DNA from: Auanema rhodensis
Lineage: Eukaryota > Animalia > Nematoda
Length of the DNA: 64,000 nucleotides
Reading direction: 5' to 3'
Assembly: GCA_964057225.1 (NCBI GenBank)
Contig: OZ059895.1
Span: 19,344,001-19,408,000 of the forward strand
Below the pieces are notes generated by a model, which worked only from the letters and a program-made list of their open reading frames with translations, was not told the DNA's origin and ran no database searches. The translations under genes and the position numbers were made by a program. Shown here one piece after another: positions 55,101-64,000 of this stretch; position 1 is the stretch's first letter; each line of letters opens with the position of its first letter.

Positions 55101-58100
55101 AGCGAGTTACATACCAAGTGCACATCACGTGTACATTTAATTAGCATAAATTAAAATTCACGTAAATTTCAAAGTAATGGTTACCATGCACCAATATCAA
55201 TAAAAATTTGTTTTAAGACTAATATGGACATGAGAAATCTAATATTGGAAACCGCATCTCTTCATCTTTCACGTGAAGCGAGTTACATATCAAGTGCACA
55301 TCACGTGTACACTTAATTAGCATAAATTAAAGTTCACGTAAATTTCAAAGTCATGGTTAACATGCACCAATATCAATAAAAATTTGTTTTAAGACTAATA
55401 TGGACATGAGAAATCTAATATTGGAAACCGCATCTCTTCATCTTTCACGTGAAGCGAGTTACATATCAAGTGCACATCACGTGTACACTTAATTAGCATA
55501 AATTAAAGTTCACGTAAATTTCAAAGTCATGGTTAACATGCACCAATATCAATAAAAATTTGTTTTAAGACTAATATGGACATGAGAAATCTAATATTGG
55601 AAACCGCATCTCTTCATCTTTCACGTGAAGCGAGTTACATATCAAGTGCACATCACGTGTACACTTAATTAGCATAAATTAAAGTTCACGTAAATTTTAA
55701 AGTCATGGTTAACATGCACCAATATCAATAAAAATTTGGTTTTAGACTAATATGGACATGGGGAATCTAATTTTGAAAACCACATCTCTTTATCTTTCAC
55801 GTGAAGCGAGTTACATACCAAGTGCACATCACGTGTACATTTAATTAGCATAAATTAAAGTTCACGTAAATTTCAAAGTCATGGTTAACATGCACCAATA
55901 TCAATAAAAATTTGTTTTTAGACTAATATGGACATGGGGAATCTAATTTTGAAAACAGCATCTCTTTCTCTTTGACGTGAAGCGAGTTACATACCAAGTG
56001 CACATCACGTGTACACTTAATTAGCATAAATTAAAGTTTACGTAAATTTCAAAGTCATGGTTACCATGCACCAATATCAATAAAAATTTGTTTTTAGACT
56101 AACATGGACATGGGGAATCTAATTTTGAAAACAGCATCTCTTTCTCTTTCACGTGAAGCGAGTTACATACCAAGTGCACATCATGTGTACACTTAATTAG
56201 CATAAATTAAAGTTCACGTAAATTTTAAAGTCATGGTTATCATGCACCAATACCAATACTAATTTGTTTTTAGACTAATATGGACATGGGGAATCTAATT
56301 TTGAAAACCGCATCTCTTCATCTTTCACGTGAAGCAAGTTACATACCAAGTGCACATCACGTGTACATTTAATTAGCATAAATTAAAGTTCACGTAAATA
56401 TCAAAGTCATGGTTACCATGCACCAATATCGATAAAAATTTGTTTTAAGACTAATATGGACATGAGAAATCTAATTTTGAAAACCGCATCTCTTCATCTT
56501 TCACGTGAAGCGAGTTACATACCAAGTGCACATCACGTGTACATTTAATTAGCATAAATTAAAGTTCACGTAAATTTCAAAGTCATGGTTACCATGCACC
56601 AATATCAATAAAAACTTGTTTTTAGACTAATATGGACATAGGGAATCTACATTTGAAAACCACATCTCTTTATCTTTCACGTGAAGCGAGTTACATACCA
56701 AGTGCACATCACGTGTACATTTAATTAGCATAAATTAAAGTTCACGTAAATTTCAAAGTAATGGTTACCATGCACCAATATCAATAAAAATTTGTTTTAA
56801 GACTAATATGGACATGAGAAATCTATTTTTGAAAACCGCATCTCTTCATCTTTCACGTGAAGCAAGTTACATACCAAGTGCACATCACGTGTACATTTAA
56901 TTAGCATAAATTAAAGTTCACGTAAATTTCAAAGTCATGGTTACCATGCACCAATATCAATAAAAATTTGTTTTTAGACTAATATGGACATGGGGAATCT
57001 ATTTTTGAAAACCGCATCTCTTCATCTTTCACGTGAAGCGAGTTACATACCAAGTGCACATCACGTGTACACTTAATTAGCATAAATTAAAGTTCACGTA
57101 AATTTCAAAGTCATGGTTAACATGCACCAATATCAATAAAAATTTGTTTTTAGACTAATATGGACATGGGGAATCTAATTTTGAAAACCGCATCTCTTTT
57201 TCTTTCACGTGAAGCGAGTTACATACCAAGTGCACATCATGTGTACACTTAATAAGCATAAATTAAAGTTCACGTAAATTTCAAAGTCATGGTTACCATG
57301 CACCAATATCAATAAAAACTTGTTTTTAGACTAATATGGACATAGGGAATCTACATTTGAAAACCACATCTCTTTATCTTTCACGTGAAGCGAGTTACAT
57401 ACCAAGTGCACATCACGTGTACATTTAATTAGCATAAATTAAAGTTCACGTAAATTTCAAAGTAATGGTTACCATGCACCAATATCAATAAAAATTTGTT
57501 TTAAGACTAATATGGACATGAGAAATCTATTTTTGAAAACCGCATCTCTTCATCTTTCACGTGAAGCAAGTTACATACCAAGTGCACATCACGTGTACAT
57601 TTAATTAGCATAAATTAAAGTTCACGTAAATTTCAAAGTCATGGTTACCATGCACCAATATCAATAAAAATTTGTTTTTAGACTAATATGGACATGGGGA
57701 ATCTATTTTTGAAAACCGCATCTCTTCATCTTTTACGTGAAGCGAGTTACATACCAAGTGCACATCACGTGTACACTTAATTAGCATAAATTAAAGTTCA
57801 CGTAAATTTCAAAGTCATGGTTAACATGCACCAATATCAATAAAAATTTGTTTTTAGACTAATATGGACATGGGGAATCTAATTTTGAAAACCGCATCTC
57901 TTTATCTTTCACGTGAAGCGAGTTACATACCAAGTGCACATCACGTGTACATTTAATTAGCATAAATTAAGGTCACGTAAATATCAAAGTCATGGTTACC
58001 ATGCACCAATATCAATCAAAATTTGTTTTAAGACTAATATGGACATGAGAAATCTATTTTTGAAAACCGCATCTCTTCATCTTTCACGTGAAGCAAGTTA

Positions 58101-61100
58101 CATACCAAGTGCACATCACGTGTACATTTAATTAGCATAAATTAAAGTTCACGTAAATATCAAAGTCATGGTTACCATGCACCAATATTGATAAAAATTT
58201 GTTTTAAGACTAATATGGACATGAGAAATCTAATTTTGAAAACCGCATCTCTTCATCTTTCACGTGAAGCGAGTTACATACCAAGTGCACATCACGTGTA
58301 CATTTAATTAGCATAAATTAAAGTTCACGTAAATTTCAAAGTCATGGTTACCATGCACCAATATCAATAAAAACTTGTTTTTAGACTAATATGGACATAG
58401 GGAATCTACATTTGAAAACCACATCTCTTTATCTTTCACGTGAAGCGAGTTACATACCAAGTGCACATCACGTGTACATTTAATTAGCATAAATTAAAGT
58501 TCACGTAAATTTCAAAGTAATGGTTACCATGCACCAATATCAATAAAAATTTGTTTTAAGACTAATATGGACATGAGAAATCTATTTTTGAAAACCGCAT
58601 CTCTTCATCTTTCACGTGAAGCAAGTTACATACCAAGTGCACATCACGTGTACATTTAATTAGCATAAATTAAAGTTCACGTAAATTTCAAAGTCATGGT
58701 TAACATGCACCAATATCAATAAAAATTTGTTTTTAGACTAATATGGACATGGGGAATCTAATTTTGAAAACAGCATCTCTTTCTCTTTGACGTGAAGCGA
58801 GTTACATACCAAGTGCACATCACGTGTACACTTAATTAGCATAAATTAAAGTTCACGTAAATTTCAAAGTCATGGTTACCATGCACCAATATCAATAAAA
58901 ATTTGTTTTTAGACTAACATGGACATGGGGAATCTAATTTTGAAAACAGCATCTCTTTCTCTTTCACGTGAAGCGAGTTACATACCAAGTGCACATCTTG
59001 TGTACACTTAATTAGCATAAATTAAAGTTCACGTAAATTTTAAAGTCATGGTTACCATGCACCAATACCAATACTAATTTGTTTTTAGACTAATATGGAC
59101 ATGGGGAATCTAATTTTGAAAACCGCATCTCTTTTTCTTTCACGTGAAGCGAGTTACATACCAAGTGCACATCATGTGTACACTTAATAAGCATAAATTA
59201 AAGTTCACGTAAATTTCAAAGTCATGGTTACCATGCACCAAAATCAATAAAAATTTGTTTTTAGACTAATATGGACATGGGGAATCTAATTTTGAAAACC
59301 GCATCTCTTCATCTTTCACGTGAAGCCAGTTACATACCAAGTGCACATCACGTGTACATTTAATTAGCATAAATTAAAGTTCACGTAAATTTCAAAGTCA
59401 TGGTTACCATGCACCAATATCAATAAAAATTTGTTTTTAGACTAATATGGACATGGGGAATCTATTTTTGAAAACCGCATCTCTTCATCTTTCACGTGAA
59501 GCGAGTTACATACCAAGTGCACATCACGTGTACACTTAATTAGCATAAATTAAAGTTCACGTAAATTTCAAAGTCATGGTTAACATGCACCAATATCAAT
59601 AAAAATTTGTTTTTAGACTAATATGGACATGGGGAATCTAATTTTGAAAACCGCATCTCTTTATCTTTCACGTGAAGCGAGTTACATACCAAGTGCACAT
59701 CACGTGTACATTTAATTAGCATAAATTAAGGTCACGTAAATATCAAAGTCATGGTTACCATGCACCAATATCAATCAAAATTTGTTTTAAGACTAATATG
59801 GACATGAGAAATCTATTTTTGAAAACCGCATCTCTTCATCTTTCACGTGAAGCGAGTTACATACCAAGTGCACATCACGTGTACATTTAATTAGCATAAA
59901 TTAAAGTTCACGTAAATTTCAAAGTCATGGTTACCATGCACCAATATCAATAAAAACTTGTTTTTAGACTAATATGGACATAGGGAATCTACATTTGAAA
60001 ACCACATCTCTTTATCTTTCACGTGAAGCGAGTTACATACCAAGTGCACATCACGTGTACATTTAATTAGCATAAATTAAAGTTCACGTAAATTTCAAAG
60101 TAATGGTTACCATGCACCAATATCAATAAAAATTTGTTTTAAGACTAATATGGACATGAGAAATCTATTTTTGAAAACCGCATCTCTTCATCTTTCACGT
60201 GAAGCAAGTTACATACCAAGTGCACATCACGTGTACATTTAATTAGCATAAATTAAAGTTCACGTAAATTTCAAAGTCATGGTTACCATGCACCAATATC
60301 AATAAAAATTTGTTTTTAGACTAATATGGACATAGGGAATCTACATTTGAAAACCACATCTCTTTATCTTTCACGTGAAGCGAGTTACATACCAAGTGCA
60401 CATCACGTGTACATTTAATTAGCATAAATTAAAGTTCACGTAAATTTCAAAGTAATGGTTACCATGCACCAATATCAATAAAAATTTGTTTTAAGACTAA
60501 TATGGACATGAGAAATCTATTTTTGAAAACCGCATCTCTTCATCTTTCACGTGAAGCAAGTTACATACCAAGTGCACATCACGTGTACATTTAATTAGCA
60601 TAAATTAAAGTTCACGTAAATTTCAAAGTCATGGTTACCATGCACCAATATCAATAAAAACTTGTTTTTAGACTAATATGGACATGGAGAATCTAATTTT
60701 GAAAACCGCATCTCTTCATCTTTCACGTGAAGCGAGTTACATACCAAGTGCACATCACGTGTACACTTAATTAGCATAAATTAAAGTTCACGTAAATTTC
60801 AAAGTTATGGTTAACATGCACCAATATCGATAAAAACTTGTTTTAAGACTAATATGGACATGAGAAATCTAATTTTGAAAACCGCATCTCTTCATCTTTC
60901 ACGTGAAGCGAGTTACATACCAAGTGCACATCACGTGTACATTTAATTAGCATAAATTAAAGTTCACGTAAATTTCAAAGTCATGGTTAACATGCACCAA
61001 TATCAATAAAAATTTGTTTTTAGACTAATATGGACATAGGGAATCTAATTTTGAAAACAGCATCTCTTTCTCTTTGACGTGAAGCGAGTTACATACCAAG

Positions 61101-64000
61101 TGCACATCACGTGTACACTTAATTAGCATAAATTAAAGTTCACGTAAATTTCAAAGTCATGGTTACCATGCACCAATATCAATAAAAATTTGTTTTTAGA
61201 CTAACATGGACATGGGGAATCTAATTTTGAAAACAGCATCTCTTTCTCTTTCACGTGAAGAGAGTTACATACCAAGTGCACATCATGTGTACACTTAATT
61301 AGCATAAATTAAAGTTCACGTAAATTTTAAAGTCATGGTTACCATTCACCAATACCAATACTAATTTGTTTTTAGACTAATATGGACATGGGGAATCTAA
61401 TTTTGAAAACCGCATCTCTTTTTCTTTCACGTGAAGCGAGTTACATACCAAGTGCACATCATGTGTACACTTAATAAGCATAAATTAAAGTTCACGTAAA
61501 TTTCAAAGTCATGGTTACCATGCACCAAAATCAATAAAAATTTGTTTTTAGACTAATATGGACATGGGGAATCTAATTTTGAAAACCGCATCTCTTCATC
61601 TTTCACGTGAAGCCAGTTACATACCAAGTGCACATCACGTGTACATTTAATTAGCATAAATTAAAGTTCACGTAAATTTCAAAGTCATGGTTACCATGCA
61701 CCAATATCAATAAAAATTTGTTTTTAGACTAATATGGACATGAAGAATCTATTTTTGAAAACCGCATCTCTTCATCTTTCACGTGAAGCGAGTTACATAC
61801 CAAGTGCACATCACGTGTACACTTAATTAGCATAAATTAAAGTTCACGTAAATTTCAAAGTCATGGTTAACATGCACCAATATCGATAAAAATTTGTTTT
61901 AAGACTAATATGGACATGAGAAATCTAATTTTGAAAACCGCATCTCTTCATCTTTCACGTGAAGCGAGTTACATACCAAGTGCACATCACGTGTACATTT
62001 AATTAGCATAAATTAAAGTTCACGTAAATTTCAAAGTCATGGTTAACATGCACCAATATCAATAAAAATTTGTTTTTAGACTAATATGGACATGGGGAAT
62101 CTAATTTTGAAAACAGCATCTCTTTCTCTTTGACGTGAAGCGAGTTACATACCAAGTGCACATCACGTGTACACTTAATTAGCATAAATTAAAGTTCACG
62201 TAAATTTCAAAGTCATGGTTACCATGCACCAATATCAATAAAAATTTGTTTTTAGACTAACATGGACATGGGGAATCTAATTTTGAAAACAGCATCTCTT
62301 TCTCTTTCACGTGAAGCGAGTTACATACCAAGTGCACATCATGTGTACACTTAATTAGCATAAATTAAAGTTCACGTAAATTTTAAAGTCATGGTTACCA
62401 TGCACCAATACCAATACTAATTTGTTTTTAGACTAATATGGACATGGGGAATCTAATTTTGAAAACCGCATCTCTTTTTCTTTCACGTGAAGCGAGTTAC
62501 ATACCAAGTGCACATCATGTGTACACTTAATAAGCATAAATTAAAGTTCACGTAAATTTCAAAGTCATGGTTACCATGCACCAAAATCAATAAAAATTTG
62601 TTTTTAGACTAATATGGACATGGGGAATCTAATTTTGAAAACCGCATCTCTTCATCTTTCACGTGAAGCCAGTTACATACCAAGTGCACATCACGTGTAC
62701 ATTTAATTAGCATAAATTAAAGTTCACGTAAATTTCAAAGTCATGGTTACCATGCACCAATATCAATAAAAATTTGTTTTTAGACTAATATGGACATGGG
62801 GAATCTATTTTTGAAAACCGCATCTCTTCATCTTTCACGTGAAGCGAGTTACATACCAAGTGCACATCACGTGTACACTTAATTAGCATAAATTAAAGTT
62901 CACGTAAATTTCAAAGTCATGGTTAACATGCACCAATATCAATAAAAATTTGTTTTTAGACTAATATGGACATGGGGAATCTAATTTTGAAAACCGCATC
63001 TCTTTATCTTTCACGTGAAGCGAGTTACATACCATGTGCACATCACGTGTACATTTAATTAGCATAAATTAAGGTCACGTAAATATCAAAGTCATGGTTA
63101 CCATGCACCAATATCAATCAAAATTTGTTTTAAGACTAATATGGACATGAGAAATCTATTTTTGAAAACCGCATCTCTTCATCTTTCACGTGAAGCAAGT
63201 TACATACCAAGTGCACATCACGTGTACATTTAATTAGCATAAATTAAAGTTCACGTAAATTTCAAAGTCATGGTTACCATGCACCAATATCAATAAAAAC
63301 TTGTTTTTAGACTAATATGGACATAGGGAATCTACATTTGAAAACCACATCTCTTTATCTTTCACGTGAAGCGAGTTACATACCAAGTGCACATCACGTG
63401 TACATTTAATTAGCATAAATTAAAGTTCACGTAAATTTCAAAGTAATGGTTACCATGCACCAATATTAATAAAAATTTGTTTTAAGACTAATATGGACAT
63501 GAGAAATCTATTTTTGAAAACCGCATCTCTTCATCTTTCACGTGAAGCAAGTTACATACCAAGTGCACATCACGTGTACATTTAATTAGCATAAATTAAA
63601 GTTCACGTAAATTTCAAAGTCATGGTTACCATGCACCAATATCAATAAAAACTTGTTTTTAGACTAATATGGACATGGAGAATCTAATTTTGAAAACCGC
63701 ATCTCTTCATCTTTCACGTGAAGCGAGTTACATACCAAGTGCACATCACGTGTACACTTAATTAGCATAAATTAAAGTTCACGTAAATTTCAAAGTTATG
63801 GTTAACATGCACCAATATCGATAAAAATTTGTTTTAAGACTAATATGGACATGAGAAATCTAATTTTGAAAACCGCATCTCTTCATCTTTCACGTGAAGC
63901 GAGTTACATACCAAGTGCACATCACGTGTACATTTAATTAGCATAAATTAAAGTTCACGTAAATTTCAAAGTCATGGTTAACATGCACCAATATCAATAA
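49145..64000. repeat. 176-bp tandem satellite array, right arm (~84 monomers, continues past the window)
   Basis: Same monomer and orientation. It resumes in register at GTGTACACTTAATTAG directly after the (AAAC)n tail. Confidence 0.98.

Noticed and set aside
1-64000. CRISPR array or prokaryotic RT system (retron, DGR, group II intron)
   Set aside because: The repeats have no unique spacers and there are no cas genes. The RT is fused to an APE domain with ORF1, tail and TSD, which is a eukaryotic LINE.

Overview
Eukaryotic heterochromatin, probably centromeric or pericentromeric. About 92% of the window is a single-orientation tandem array of an AT-rich 176-bp satellite (~252 monomers at 1-44344, ~84 at 49145-64000). 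The array has two sequence-variant domains with a boundary near 20.9 kb, and nested multi-monomer duplications (6-, 10-, 13-, 15- and 22-mers). It is interrupted once by an apparently full-length, intact ~4.8-kb non-LTR retrotransposon of CR1/L2 type (Jockey group) on the + strand (44345-49144). The element has ORF1 (coiled coil plus RRM-like region), ORF2 (APE endonuclease plus reverse transcriptase), an (AAAC)8 tail and a 3-5 bp target-site duplication inside the satellite's CACGTG palindrome. Three features of the element stand out. (i) Its 5' end is built from tandem 18-nt units whose junctions create initiator-like and AP-1-like motifs, and the outermost units are expanded into long poly-T runs. 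(ii) A splice-donor-like site in the 5' UTR and a strong acceptor-like site in the 3' UTR bracket both ORFs as if they were one intron. (iii) ORF2 has no AUG ahead of its endonuclease domain and overlaps ORF1 in the +1 frame. The host species cannot be identified from the sequence alone.
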